DNA of 64,000 nt. It comes from Callorhinchus milii (taxonomy: Eukaryota). The stretch covers positions 2,854,001-2,918,000 of the forward strand of contig NW_024704743.1 of assembly GCF_018977255.1 (NCBI RefSeq). Reading direction: 5' to 3'. This document shows positions 27,101-38,349 of this stretch, piece after piece (position 1 is the first letter of the stretch; each line of letters opens with the position of its first letter). The position numbers and the translations under genes are program-made. The notes under the pieces are model-generated. The model was not told the origin of the DNA, searched no databases, and worked only from the letters and a program-made list of their open reading frames with translations.

Positions 27101-30100
27101 TCCAATAATTGTCCACTACAACTAATATGTTTCGCCCACAAAATATAGACGTCAATTCACTTGACAGCATATTCTGTGAAGCGTTTTGAGACATCTCAAC
27201 AACGTGATAACAAGAAGATTACATTTGTATAGCGGGAGGACGTCCCAAGGTGCTGGACAGTGACAGCATTTCAGACCCGAGTTGAGGTCGGCGGGGGGGG
27301 AGGGGGAGAGATGGGAGGGAAGGGGATGGCCGATGAGGAGGGTTTTGAGGCGGGACTTGAAGGAGACTAAGGAGGGGGCGAGGCGGAGTGATTGGGGGAT
27401 GGAATTCCAGAGGTTGGGGGCAGAGTGGCTGAAGGCTCTCCCGCCAATGGTGTGGAGGGGGATGTGGAGCAGGCCAGAGCCCCTATGAACTGTGGATAAG
27501 GCGCTATATCAAATGAAAGGATTATTATTCTTTTTACTGGCTTGGATTGCAGTTTTGTTTTCTTCATAATGTACAATTTTCAAAATAGAAACAATGCTGG
27601 TTTATAAAAATCTTGTTTGTTAAGTTGTTTTTTCCCTCTAATTTTTATCTCTCCCATCCTGAAAACAACCAAGTCCCTGTTCACTGAAATACTGTTCTGT
27701 TGATACTATATTTACTACCAATACCTTGACTAAATGGCCATTATCATGTGAAAGTTTTCATAAAGGGGTTTGACAATCTATCAACTGTGGAGGCGCTGAT
27801 TACCTGTGCTCAAACATCCACACATGACCACCTTCCATGGATTTATATCAGACGTTCAAAATTCCTCATCAACCCAAAGACCAAGAGAAATTTTCAACTT
27901 CTGGAGCAGAAACCCTTGCTGATTTTCCATCCCCAACCTAGGACTATTGTGATCTGTTTGGCCTTTCCATTAAAATTTTTTACTGCACAACTACCTATAA
28001 CAAAGGTTAAGAAAAATCCTTCCATATAAAGTCGATCTGAATATTTATTTGATTATTAATACTTGCATTTCATATAGAGCCTTATCGCATTGTCAAACTA
28101 TCTCAATCCGCTTCACAGAATTTTTACTGTAAAGTGCAGTGACTGTATTTATGGATGAACAAAGCAAACAATTTGCACACAGCAATCCCCACAAACATCC
28201 GTTAATTGAATGACTATTTTTTATCTGGGGAATTGTTGGAACAAGGAAAAACTCCCTTTTGTTTTCTGATTACTTTGGTACCTTTAATCCTCGCCATAGA
28301 ATAGGTTGGTATAAGTGGTATAACATTTCATCCACACCCTGACGCAGCTTCTGTTGATGGAGGTAGCTTAATAACTGTAAAAACAAACAGAAATATATAA
28401 ACTTTTATTAACAGCAAAACAAAATACGTTTTTAATCAACAGTGAGCTAACGAATCAAATACAAGTAAGAGAAATTAAAACTCAGAAAGGAAACCATTTT
28501 TGACCAAGCATAAGATATCGTTGAATGCCCAGGTATACTGCAGATCATACACTTAATCTTTTACCCTTTAACATACAACATGCAGTCCAACTGATGGCCT
28601 GGCACTGCGGTCAGGAAGCGCTTGAGTCACCGGAGAAAAAATAATAAATCATGCAAGTGATTTTCATGAGCTGTAGGAAAAATATAAAAAATATTCCCAA
28701 TGTAAAACTGGGGTATTGGTCACATCATTCTGATCCATTTCTCTGAAACACAGAATGTTACAGCACAGAAACCGGCCATCTCTGTCCCCATCTTTAATAG
28801 GCCCCCAATACTCCCTCCTTTTCTTCAAGTATCTAAGAATTTATCAGGAAAAGAATCTATGAACTCTGCTTCAGTTGTGATTTGTGACAAAAGAATTCTC
28901 CATTTGAACCATCCTTTATGTAAAACAACCTTTTTTTCCTGTCGTTCGGATAAGGACGCATCTGCCTGCTCAGTTGGGGGGATAAGGATAATAATAATGC
29001 TTGCATTTGATATAGTGCCTTATCACGTCCTTGAAACATCTCAAAGTGCTTCACAGAATATACTGTAAAGTGAATTTTCTATATATTTTGTGGGCAAAAC
29101 AAGAGCCAATTGAGCACAGCAGTGTCCCACAAACAGTCGTGGATTGAGTAACCAAATTATTATTTTTTTTCAAAATTATTTTTGTTTTGAAGGGATTATT
29201 ACCCCCAGAAAGCGATCCACCAATCGACGAACAACCAGGTTCCTACTTAATGCTAGGTAAACAGAGGCATGTGGAGTAAGGAAACATGCCCAATGTTTCG
29301 CCCTGCCAGGAATCAAACTCAGATCCTCTCGCTTGGGACACTTTAACCACTGAGCTACAGGACTCCACAATAACACAGCAATTGGGAAATTGTTGTTTCA
29401 GTTTTCAGTGGAACACACCCATTCCACTTTTAATATCTAACCTATCTCACCTGACACTTGCAGTCATTTGAGTACCAACAGCAGATTTTGTACCAATACG
29501 TATGAAATGTCCAGGAAGTCAAGCACCATCCAGAACCAATAACTCAGGTCATAGTCATCAAACCCAGCTCGTTGCAATAATTTATCATCAAGGAATTAAT
29601 ACCTCTTTCATAGTACAATATTTTCCAATCAAAGCCGGCTGTCTGAAACCCATCATCGGCCCATCATCGGCCTGAAGATTATCCAAACCAAGCTGAGAAT
29701 TCCAGGCATCCCACATATTTCGAAATCCCAGAGATAGATTGTTAGAATGGAATGAACGCATTCTCTCTGGAGGGATGCATCCTGCTCACCCAATTCCGGA
29801 AAATATTAGGCACAGGTTGGCAAGAGCCAAGGCTTGGGGGGGACCCCAGAGAATGTGCTGGGGTAACTGCTGGAGTCTAACCAGCTGAAACCACGAAGGT
29901 TGGCATTGATATTGCTGTCTGTCAAGCTTTCCCGTTGCTTGTCCAGTGCCTTGGAATGCCCTCCTGACGTGAAAGGCGCTATACAAATATAATTTGCTGT
30001 TATTGTTGTCCAGCTAGGCCCAACCTACCCGTTAAGGCTTTGGCTTGCAAGATTAATAGGAGCTGAGTGGGATGACTTGCTGCCCCCAGTGACTGGTCTG

Positions 30101-33100
30101 CCCTTCCAGATCCTGCCGATGAGCTAGGCTGGACTGCCATCAGCAGAGGCCCTGGAATAGCGCGGACCCGCCTAACTCAAGAACCGGACTAGAGACCGTC
30201 ACAGAGGGGGGCTCGATTCCAACATTCCATTACCAGGCATGTTACCTTGGAACCAATTCAGCTCCAGGGAGACCCCACTTACCTACCATACCCCACCCAC
30301 CCCAATCTTCAGTGAGCCAAGTGAGAGACTCAAAGTAAACAACTATGAACTCAAAAAAGCAGAAATGTCATACTTCATAACTGTGCATCATTCCTCCTCA
30401 CTATATCAGAGATATAGCTCCATCCTCCCAGAATATAATAATAACTATTGCATTTGATATAACTCCTATCACAGCTTCGAGTGTCTCAAAGTGCTTGATA
30501 GGATATACTGTAAAGTGAATTGACTGTATATTTTGTGGGCAATAAATCAGATCCACACACATTGTATTCTAAGAAGCATCAAGCTTATGTGTTTAAGTTG
30601 TTCACCACTCAATAATTCAAATGCAATTGTGCCTTGAGACATAAAGTGCATGTCCCTCAAAAAATCCCATCAAGTCATCACATTTGCATGCAGGATGCAC
30701 ACTTTGCTGGCATTTACAGAGCAGTATTCTCAACAGGTCCCTTGTCAATCCCATAAAAATAAATGGAAGGCAACATAAATGGAGAGAGGAAAATTAAAAG
30801 GTTACTGAAGGGCTTTAGGAATTAGAAATATATTCGATTGAATCTTGTTTATAGCTATTCAGTTTTCTGTATAACAATCCATTTGTTACCAAATGTTGAA
30901 TATCTAGTAAAGTTTGTTTACTGGGAACACATTAAAACCATCCACATACTTCTCGCACTTTGGAGTGAACTGGCGATTTCCAGGGAAGATGAATTCCATG
31001 ATGCATGAAATCTTGAATGCAGCCGTGTTCAATTGTCTGAAATAGAAATGCATTTTAGGAAATTCCAAACATCTTTTGCTGATTTGCATAATTTTAGTTT
31101 TAAAAAGGTGACCTTATGTGTAACCGTGCCCAGTAAAATAAAGAAACATGCAAAATATAACTCACTGATTGTACGGTTAAAAAGCTCTGTATCAGAAACA
31201 TAGAAATCTACGGTGCAGAAGGATGGCATTTGGCCCATCGAGTATGAAAAACAAATTTCTGTCAGATTGGTAACACAAGGGTAAGAGATAGCTTTCCTCC
31301 ATGTTGTGGCTAACCATCTCTCAAATCTTCAATTCTCCCATTAAGAAGCCCAGAATAATTGCAACATGAATATAACCCCCAAAAGAATAACAGATCATGG
31401 ACTCTCTGTACCAACATTAACCATCCAGTCAGTCAGGCCAGGGAGCTGCAAATCTAAGCAGGAGACAATTAGGAGAAAAAAAACCTCTCTATCCTTATAA
31501 TCGAACATCAAATACAAAAACTTAAAAGCTGAATGGCTATATGTAGGTCAAATAGATTAAATCATTCACCCTAGCATGTCACACTCCCACACAAAGAGCT
31601 TCATTCCAAAATACATTCCAGGATATTGAAATCTGAAGTAGAAATAGTCTCTTTAATCTGTAAAAACTGCGTGATACCCACCCTCCCCCTCCCACGATTC
31701 ATCTATAATCAACTCCATCAATACTTCTTTGATCGTTTGTGAATATCTTTTATACCTGCTCTAGATGGGCAGAAACCAGAGTAGTCAATTCTTGTCAATT
31801 TATAGTTTTTTTCAGAAAACTCATCCCATTTTTCCTTGTGTGCTTTTGAAGCAATCAGCATTTTTCATTTCAGTTAATGTATCAGATTATTGCTATTTGA
31901 TGCAATACTTGAACTAGTTGTATCCATGATACACAAGTATCAAATACCACAATAGCTGAAAAATACATTCAGTTTTTTTCTAAAACCAGGGATATTTTCC
32001 CCCACTAATATTGTTCCCAATTTCAAAATTGTTGGTGAGACCCAGGTGGTTCAGAAAGTAAAGCCTATCAAAAAAAATGTATTTGATTAAATATAAAATA
32101 TGAAAAACATTTTTGGTCAGCCTGATACCTGCAGAAACCTATCACCATGCTTAAGAATATTCAAACTGGACTGAGTTCCACATATTCAAGCTAACCATGC
32201 GTGCAAATTTTCCCTTTCTCTGGAATGGAACTGTCTCCCAGAGAAAATCACCCTTTCTACTCAATTCTACAAAGTAACAGGTACAGGGTGACCAGGGCCA
32301 AGGTTAGCATGTTGAGCTATTGCTGGATTATAACCAGCTAAAAACAAGCCAGGCTTGATGGGCTGTCATCAGAGGATCATTCCAAACAGAGAATATTCCA
32401 CAGAAATTATTCCAGTCAACTCAATTACAACATTCCAATGCCAAAGCAAAAACAACAAAATTACATCTATAGAGCACCTTTCACGTCGGGAGGACGTCCC
32501 AAAGCGCTGAAAGTCAGGTGTCGGGGCTCGAGCATGGGGGAGGGGGGGTGGTGTAGGGGTGAGGGAAGGCAAGAGGTGAGAGGGAGACCAAAGGCACGGT
32601 GGAAGAAAAAGGTCTTGAGACCGGCCTTGAAGGAGGCAAAGGAGGAAGCGATGCGAAGGGACCGTGGGATGGAGTTCCAGAGTGTGGGGACAAAGAGGCT
32701 AAAAACCCGGCCCCGATGGTAGGGTGGGTCGGGCGGGAGACATGAAGCAGGCCGGAGCCCACTGAACGGAAGGAGTGGGCAGGTTCGGAGAGTCAGCAGG
32801 TCAGAGAGGAAGGAGAGGGCAAGGCCATGGATGGCCTTAAAGGTGAGGACGAGGATCTTGAACTCGATCCTCTGGGGGATGGGGAGCCAGTGGAGCCGGG
32901 CGAGGGTGGGAGTGATGGGGTCACAGAGCCTGGTCCGTGAGACTACACGAGCTGCAGAGTTTTTGGATGATCTGCAGCTTGTGAAGGGAAGAATTGGGAA
33001 GGCCGATGAGGAGGGAGTTCCCGTAATCAAGCCTTGAGGTGACGAATGCATGGGTGAGGGTTTCAGCAGCCTGACCCTAACCCTAACTTCTAACTTCCAA

Positions 33101-36100
33101 GACTATTCCTGTATTCTTGGAATATTCCTGTGAAGTCCTGTAGCTCAGTGGTTAGAGCCCTCGCCTCGCAAGCAAGAGATCTGGGTTCAATTCACGGCAG
33201 GGAGAAATGTTGGGCAAGTTTGCTTGCTCCATATGTCTGTGTTTACCTAGCAGTAAGTAGGAACATGTTTTTAGTTGATTGGCGGATCGCTTTCCCGGGG
33301 GTAATAATTCCTTCAAAAAAATAATAAATTGGTCACTTCAATTTATTTATTATTCAATTGCTTCTTTGAAGTACTTTGAGAAACCTCAAAAACGTGATAA
33401 GGTGCTATTGCAAATGCAAGGATTTTTATTACTATTATGTCATTTCTGACGAAGGGTTGTGAACCCGAAACGTTGACTCACTTTCCTTTCTCCATAGATG
33501 CTGCCTGACCTGCTGAGAGTTCCCAGCAACTTCTGTTTTTGATTATTGTTGTTATTGTTATATTCATGCAAACTAGAAACCAATTTTTTTTAAATAACCA
33601 CACCTCAAATTGAAAAACCTAGAGACTAGGGTTAGTTTGTGGCATATGGGACTAACTGTAAACAAGCTGTCTAATAGTAACAGGTAATGATATAAATGTG
33701 GGTATGAATCAACCAATTTGCTCACAAAGATATTGAAACATTTTGCAGCTTCTTGCAGTATTGATTTCCTGCCAGCAGATGGTGCATATTACTTCCAGAG
33801 CTCCTTCAGGCCATTGGATCTCATCAAAACAATAATAAATTGGTCACTTCAATCCACATCAATCTTCAATCCTGTTTGTGGGACGCTGCTGTGCGCAATT
33901 GGCTACTGCGTTTCACCACAAAATATACAGTCAATTCACTTTACAGTAAATTATGAGAAGCGCTTTGAGACATCTCGAAGACGTGAAAAGTACGATATCA
34001 AATGCAAGGATTATTATTATTTATTTTCAACCTTCCAGAAAACCCACCCTAAAGTATTCTCATCAAAACATTACATAGATTTTTAAATGTCCTCAACCAT
34101 CTAACATGGTGATCAGTTTGAGTCGTTAATCTAGGTAAAGGAATAATGTGAAAAGCAAGGAGCTTCTATAGCAATTAATCAACTAAAAGTCAACCATTGC
34201 GACAATGTTCACTCATCTGGTTAGTACAGAACAATGACCAGCTCTAATGGGCTCACCATCAAACAAACAACCTCCTGACACTGCTCAGGTGAGTGAGGTG
34301 TTGCTGCTATTTGTGCAGGGGTAAGAAAAGCCAAGCAATAGAAAACTCTTCTCCAGCAGCCACAACAAATTATCTGTAAGATTATTACTTGACAGGAGTT
34401 GACCTCGAAGTTGAAATTTTAAGATCATCAGCACTCACCTCTAAACACACTCCAGATGCCTTCTTCCAAGCTCTGAAATATATTTCAGCGACATGGACAA
34501 TCATTGACCTGCAGGCAAAAATAGCTCAGTAACTATTCCACTCAAAAGTCAATGGGGACTGGGAGTATAGTAAAATAAGTTTTCTCAAGAAGGTTTTAAG
34601 ACCAGTTACAGATGGATAGTGAAACTGAACACAGCATTATGGAATAGTGTGAAATGGATTAATTCTCTTAATTCCTTATGAATCGTCATGACGAGCAACT
34701 GCAGAATGACACTTTACCTGCAAGAAATGCAACCACTTGGGCACTTCACAATTAAGAGTGTAATGTCAATGGTTTGGGAGAATGTCACCGTGGTACATCT
34801 AATGGCAACAACTGGATTGCAGCACAGAAAACCATCTCAGAATTTCTGGGCTATGGAGGCAGGGTAAAATAGAACCTCCATATCTACAGAATGATGGTAA
34901 TGTGGAGGAACATGTTCAACACACACAGATCAGACCACAATGTGATGAAGAAACCAGTCAAAAAACTTGTCGGCACTTGTTCATCACAATATTATATCTT
35001 TTCTTGTCAATGCTCATGCATTACCCATAAAAAAGCGCAGAACTTCAGGAGGATGGGAGATGGCCCAACGGGTAAAAGTCACTGTCAATGTAGAATTAAG
35101 CTATATGGACCGAGGTATAATGCTGAGTTAGCGGATCTCATCCAGAACAAGAGTTAGGGAGATAAAAAACAACATATAGTAAAAGGATAAAGGAGCAAAT
35201 GCCTTCAGAAGATGAAAGAAAAACATACAATAAGATGGCATGTCATTTTTTGAAAAAAATAAATCAAATGAATTTCTAGTTCAAAAATGTTACATCCAAT
35301 CTAAATAAAATGTCAGCAAATTGGTAACTTGCTTGTCCCATCAGATCCAATTGTTTACAAGTAAAAAAAATGTATATTTATGATAGGTAATTTCTACATA
35401 CTTTGGGAGAAACTGCAGCTGATTCTTAATGGTTCCATGGATCATTTTGATGAATTCCACATTCCAGCTGAATAAGAAACTTAAAAATCTCCGACCCTGT
35501 AGAAGAAACAAAAAACTGTAAAAGCCCATTAATTTAAGGGGCAAAACAACACATAGCACCAGGGTGTACCTATAAATGCAACGCTTATTATAGTCTCACA
35601 AATAGACCCATTAGAGATGTTCTTACAATAATGCCTGAGTTTTAATCTGAAAAGGGCAGCACAAGCCCTGAAATGATTAGACTATCAACTTTCACTATCG
35701 AGGCTCACTCACACTCGAAGCTCACCCATGTAGTACTGGAGGGAGACCACGTAGTGACATACACCCAATCAATAGTCAGCGCTTTAAGAAGAGGGAAAAT
35801 GGAAGGAAAATTTTCTGTATTGGTTCGGCATGTTTGGACACTGTAATTATACTAGTTAGCTGATCAGCAGAAAGAGATGATTTCAGCTATTACAAAAACA
35901 ATGACAAGGTTATCACAGAATGAATAAAAATAAACAAATAGTATTCTATTACATGAAAAAAAACTTAATATTGTATTGTCCAATAATGCTAAATATGATA
36001 GGAATGCTATATTTTCCTCCATTTACCTCTTCCTTTTTCATGTGGTTAACACTCATGAAACATTGAAGCAAGAGGTCTTTCACTTGATTGCTCTCTTCAG

Positions 36101-36561
36101 AATTGAACTCAAAACTCTGTAGAGCTTCATGGAAATGCCACAGCTGAATCACATCAACAGCCTGTATGTAACAAAGGAGAGAGGCGGAAGCAGGATTAAC
36201 CTTTTCTCATTATGTGAAAGAAATGTCTGAAGAGTGGACAAGGGAGAAATGATCACATATGGAATAAGGTAAAACATCCAGGGGTGGGACTTGTGCGAAA
36301 TATGAATACCAGCACCAACTAGTTGGGCCTAAAGAAGCAGAGCACAACAAGCAGAATGTTATTCTAAACAATCAGAATCTACTTAATATATGTCATACTG
36401 TACCTTGCTTTTTGTCAGTAAACTATTCTCCAAAAGCATAATGAAAACGGTTTTTCCCAACTCTTCTTTCCCTTCTAATCCCTTATCCCACCAAGCTTCA
36501 AACAAGCGTTTGATGGAGACCTGCAAATTTCCTTGAGATTTGGGCAATGCTGGAAAAATAC
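3123..36561 (-). CDS. NCAPG2: NCAPG2 (condensin-2 complex subunit G2), spliced CDS: 24 minus-strand exons (approx. human exons 5-28); upstream exons are inverted beyond the gap at 38129
   Basis: Manually translated exons match human NCAPG2 as I recall it (e.g. [68 protein letters not shown]). All exons have AG/GT boundaries and consecutive phases agree. Stop TGA at 3125-3123. Confidence 0.97.
4682..4775 (-). CDS. NCAPG2: NCAPG2 exon (G)[30 protein letters not shown]
   Basis: tag acceptor, gtatgt donor, 94 bp, phases fit neighbours. Confidence 0.88.
6100..6200 (-). CDS. NCAPG2: NCAPG2 exon [33 protein letters not shown]
   Basis: tag/gtgag, 101 bp; similar to human SFLDELKACVASNDIEGIVCLTAAVHIILV. 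Confidence 0.9.
6858..6961 (-). CDS. NCAPG2: NCAPG2 exon [34 protein letters not shown]
   Basis: cag/gtaaa, 104 bp; similar to human VSDVEELTPPEHLSDLPPFSRCL. Confidence 0.9.
8275..8418 (-). CDS. NCAPG2: NCAPG2 exon [48 protein letters not shown]
   Basis: aag/gtagg, 144 bp; [11 protein letters not shown] resembles human HRGVLSTLIAG. Confidence 0.88.
9567..9855 (+). mobile_element. L2-clade LINE degenerate fragment
   Basis: ctgcagatcattcagaactctctgcagc...actggctccc...ttcaagatcctc matches the 39800-39930 region; ends in the L2 tail. Confidence 0.75.
9856..9990 (-). mobile_element. CR1 LINE RT fragment
   Basis: ORF 9769..9984 [22 protein letters not shown] resembles the CR1 RT motif QHGF...[14 protein letters not shown]. 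Confidence 0.8.
10282..10472 (-). CDS. NCAPG2: NCAPG2 exon (E)[16 protein letters not shown]...[25 protein letters not shown]
   Basis: Overlaps ORF 10207..10461; cag/gtttgt, 191 bp. Confidence 0.92.
12278..12377 (-). CDS. NCAPG2: NCAPG2 exon [33 protein letters not shown]
   Basis: tag/gtaag, 100 bp; similar to human TYLTVCKDVVMVGLGDHQFQMQLL. Confidence 0.92.
12781..13578. mobile_element. Cluster of SINE copies: one minus-strand tail followed by two plus-strand copies
   Basis: Heads at ~12953 and ~13226 (gggttcgattcccgggcagg, gggttcatttcctggcaggg); cores at 13150 and 13440. Confidence 0.82.
14938..15066 (-). CDS. NCAPG2: NCAPG2 exon [43 protein letters not shown]
   Basis: cag/gtgag, 129 bp; similar to human FCSEGKVYLSMLEDTGFWLESKILSFIQD. 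Confidence 0.92.
16439..16549 (-). CDS. NCAPG2: NCAPG2 exon [37 protein letters not shown]
   Basis: cag/gtatgt, 111 bp; [15 protein letters not shown] resembles human AFGLHCRLSIHLQHK. Confidence 0.9.
17279..17452 (-). CDS. NCAPG2: NCAPG2 exon [13 protein letters not shown]...[25 protein letters not shown]
   Basis: ORF 17252..17458; cag/gtaatt, 174 bp. Confidence 0.93.
17546..17845 (-). mobile_element. tRNA-derived SINE, same family
   Basis: Head, core and tail recognisable. Confidence 0.88.
18238..18388 (-). CDS. NCAPG2: NCAPG2 exon [50 protein letters not shown]
   Basis: ORF 18118..18360; cag/gttag, 151 bp. Confidence 0.93.
18850..19095 (+). mobile_element. Older Deu-domain SINE (SacSINE1/AmnSINE1/SINE3-like)
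   Basis: gatgttaaactgaggcccc...caggtgggtaattaaagatcccgtggaattatttgaaaagagaaggg resembles the 5' half of the Deu domain; related copies at ~13920-14200 (-) and ~57100-57345 (-). Confidence 0.7.
19557..19627 (-). CDS. NCAPG2: NCAPG2 exon [23 protein letters not shown]
   Basis: cag/gtac, 71 bp; SFMPASAVP matches human. Confidence 0.93.
19716..19889 (-). CDS. NCAPG2: NCAPG2 exon [27 protein letters not shown]...[10 protein letters not shown]
   Basis: ORF 19656..19889; cag/gtaat, 174 bp. Confidence 0.94.
20310..20410 (-). CDS. NCAPG2: NCAPG2 exon (A)[33 protein letters not shown]
   Basis: tag/gtaag, 101 bp; similar to human AKLIHVIRHCLNACIQRA. Confidence 0.92.
22228..22450 (-). CDS. NCAPG2: NCAPG2 exon [17 protein letters not shown]...[18 protein letters not shown]
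   Basis: ORF 22211..22432; cag/gtatgt, 223 bp. Confidence 0.96.
23348..23701 (+). mobile_element. tRNA-derived SINE, near full length (Deu-like core, L2-type tail)
   Basis: A-box tagctcagtggttagagc, B-box gagttcaattcc, core gtgggacattgctgtgcgcaattggctgccgcgtt, tail tgtgaagcgctttgggacgtcctcccgacgtgaaaagcgct...(tta)n. Confidence 0.92.
24089..24241 (-). CDS. NCAPG2: NCAPG2 exon [20 protein letters not shown]...[11 protein letters not shown]
   Basis: ORF 24056..24271; cag/gtaag, 153 bp. Confidence 0.96.
24748..25360. repeat. Unclassified ~500-bp repeat copy with a nested L2 tail
   Basis: Colinear with 64-600; insertion at 25018-25076. Confidence 0.85.
25764..25943 (-). CDS. NCAPG2: NCAPG2 exon [19 protein letters not shown]...[13 protein letters not shown]
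   Basis: ORF 25443..25937; cag/gtac, 180 bp. Confidence 0.96.
26761..26886 (-). CDS. NCAPG2: NCAPG2 exon [23 protein letters not shown]...QRQFEELF
   Basis: ORF 26707..26892; aag/gtaag, 126 bp. Confidence 0.95.
27208..27482 (-). mobile_element. L2-clade LINE 3' fragment
   Basis: Reverse complement matches 40025-40330 (ggaattccagagg, ggacgtcccaagg). Confidence 0.8.
28282..28374 (-). CDS. NCAPG2: NCAPG2 exon [31 protein letters not shown]
   Basis: cag/gtacc, 93 bp; close to human [21 protein letters not shown]. Confidence 0.95.
28990..29368 (-). mobile_element. tRNA-derived SINE, same family
   Basis: Head gagctacaggactccac, core and (att)n tail present. Confidence 0.88.
29640..30300. repeat. 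Unclassified ~500-bp repeat copy with a nested L2 tail
   Basis: Colinear with 64-600; insertion at 29947-30005. Confidence 0.85.
30950..31036 (-). CDS. NCAPG2: NCAPG2 exon [29 protein letters not shown]
   Basis: cag/gtatgt, 87 bp. Confidence 0.95.
32445..33070 (-). mobile_element. L2-clade LINE 3' fragment
   Basis: ORF 32467..33051 [34 protein letters not shown]; same 3' tail as the 39255 copy. Confidence 0.92.
33128..33437 (+). mobile_element. SINE, same family, internally deleted
   Basis: gtcctgtagctcagtggttagagc head and tail; core missing. Confidence 0.8.
33446..33540 (+). ncRNA. Minimal type I hammerhead-ribozyme motif in a Penelope-type short element
   Basis: CTGACGA-A-gggtt-gtg-aaccc-GAAA-cgtt-gactca: intact core and 5-bp stem II; stem I is weak in this copy. 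Confidence 0.6.
34439..34508 (-). CDS. NCAPG2: NCAPG2 exon [23 protein letters not shown]
   Basis: cag/gtgag, 70 bp; [13 protein letters not shown] matches human. Confidence 0.95.
35402..35496 (-). CDS. NCAPG2: NCAPG2 exon [31 protein letters not shown]
   Basis: ORF 35341..35559; cag/gtatgt, 95 bp. Confidence 0.96.
36027..36161 (-). CDS. NCAPG2: NCAPG2 exon [45 protein letters not shown]
   Basis: ORF 35949..36152; cag/gtaaa, 135 bp. Confidence 0.94.
36404..36561 (-). CDS. NCAPG2: NCAPG2 exon (G)[52 protein letters not shown]
   Basis: cag/gtacag, 158 bp; similar to human GILYALPESERKLQSSIQDLCVTWWEKGLPAKEDTGKTAFVMLL. Confidence 0.93.
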
Positions 36562-36594
36562 CTGAATATAAAACAGAAAATAAGTAGCAAAATA

Positions 36595-36950
36595 TAATAA
36601 TAATATTTGATATAATGCCTTATCATGTCTTTGAGACGTCTCAAAGCACTTCACAGAATTTACTTTAAAATGAATTGACTGTATTTTGTGGGCGAAACTT
36701 GGCAGCCAATTGCGCACAACAGTGACCCACAAACAGTCATGATTGAGTGACCATTATTATTTTATTAAAGGGATTATTACCCACAGAAAGCAATCTGCCA
36801 ATCGCCTAACAACTGGGTTCCTACTTACCGCTGGCAAACAGAGGCGTGTGCGTGTAGAGTAAGGAAATTTGCCTAAGGTTTCACCCACACGGGAATCAAA
36901 CCCGAATTCTGTTGCTTGTGAGGCGAGTGGTCTAACACTACAGGACTACA
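36595..36950 (-). mobile_element. tRNA-derived SINE, same family
   Basis: Tail, core and degenerate head. Confidence 0.82.
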
Positions 36951-37309
36951 TGACATTTACAACAAATTTACATTTAGATAGCACATTCCACATCTGGAGG
37001 ACCTCTCAAGATGCTGGAAACTTTAACTTAATGCTTTAAACTTAGCGGGTGGTGCAAATTAATCCCAAGGGTGTCACAGAAGAATTTTATTTGTCCTCAA
37101 ATCATATAGCACATATAAACTAACATTGAGATAACATTAAGCATCCTAACCAGCTGAACATTATATAGTTAACCTTTCAGTGTATTTAGGAACACTGTCC
37201 ACCTCAATTTTACACAAAATGCCACTGCAATAGGAGGTCAACATTTTAAACCAGAGCCAAAAAACGAGTTTCATTCAACAACAACTTACACTTGTATAGC
37301 ACCCTTCAT

Positions 37310-37637
37310 AATAATAATAATAATCCTTACATTTGATATAGCGCTTTTCACGTCAGGAGGACCTCCCAAAGCGCTTCACAGAACACACTGTAAAGTGAAT
37401 TGACTGTATATTTGTGGGCGAACGCGGCAGCCAATTGCGCACAGCAATGTCCCACAAACAGTCGTAGATTGAAAATGACCAATTTATTATTGTTTTTTTT
37501 TTTTGGGAGGGATTATTATTAGGCTCTGTGTGGAGTAAGGAAACTTGTCCAAGGTTTCGCACTGACCTGCCTGGAATTGAACTCAGATCTCTCGCTTGCA
37601 AAGCGAGTGTTCTAACCACTGAGCTACAGGACTCCAC
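37310..37637 (-). mobile_element. tRNA-derived SINE, near full length, same family
   Basis: Near-identical reverse complement of 23348-23701. Confidence 0.92.
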
Positions 37638-38128
37638 ATGTTGGAAAGACATGTTGGAAAGACTCACTACGGAGGCAATGGGTCCAGACTTAACACCACA
37701 TTAGTGCTCACAAAATTTCTATCTATTTCTTTGCTACCTGCCACACACATTCTGGTATTGGAGACAGAGACAAAATAAATGATTACTATCAGTCCATGCA
37801 TTGGGAATTAGACGAGTATCATTGAAATCAGATGAGTATCATTGAAAAGATTAGTTTCTTTCAAGCAATAACAATATGTTTTGCTGTAAACATGACATGC
37901 TCTAAGTAATTTTTCTTACCAAAAAAACCTACACTCGACAGTTTGATTACTTGAAGCACTTCAGACAGTTTGACATGATGCAGCTCCATAAAAATAAAAG
38001 TTCCTTCTCAACTTACAAATCACTTAACAGAACCAGTTCCCAAATAACCCAAGGCTTTGTGTAACCGAATTACATCCAGTTTTACATCCAGGAGGCAGAA
38101 TTGAAGGCACTGGAAGCAACTTTTAAAT

Positions 38129-38153
38129 NNNNNNNNNNNNNNNNNNNNNNNNN
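38129..38153. other. Assembly gap (25 N); NCAPG2 orientation flips here
   Basis: Run of 25 n characters. Confidence 0.99.
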
Positions 38154-38221
38154 GGAGATATTGGCAGCAGAATGATGAAGACAGTGATGATGAGGTGGAG
38201 ATGGAGGGTGCAGTGGATCTG
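38154..38221 (+). CDS. NCAPG2: NCAPG2 N-terminal exon, 3' part only, cut by the gap: RYWQQNDEDSDDEVEMEGAVDL; opposite orientation to the main gene
   Basis: Resembles human DGWQVVEAQGEDNMETEHGSKM; gtaagg donor at 38222; phase 0 fits the exon at 41204. Confidence 0.72.
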
Positions 38222-38349
38222 GTAAGGAGCACAGCACTCTTTAACTTTGTACTTGAATTCATAAAATTTCAGGCAACAATGCAATAAAAAACTTTACATT
38301 CGTTGCAGCATTTACTAATATAATTAAATTTTCTAAGATGCAACTAAGG

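Noticed and set aside
33073..33095. Telomeric-like ccctaaccctaac
   Set aside because: Only two units, at an L2 truncation point; too short to call an interstitial telomere
38020..38262. 80-aa ORF spanning the N gap
   Set aside because: Joins unrelated sequence across the gap; the meaningful frame is on the plus strand after the gap
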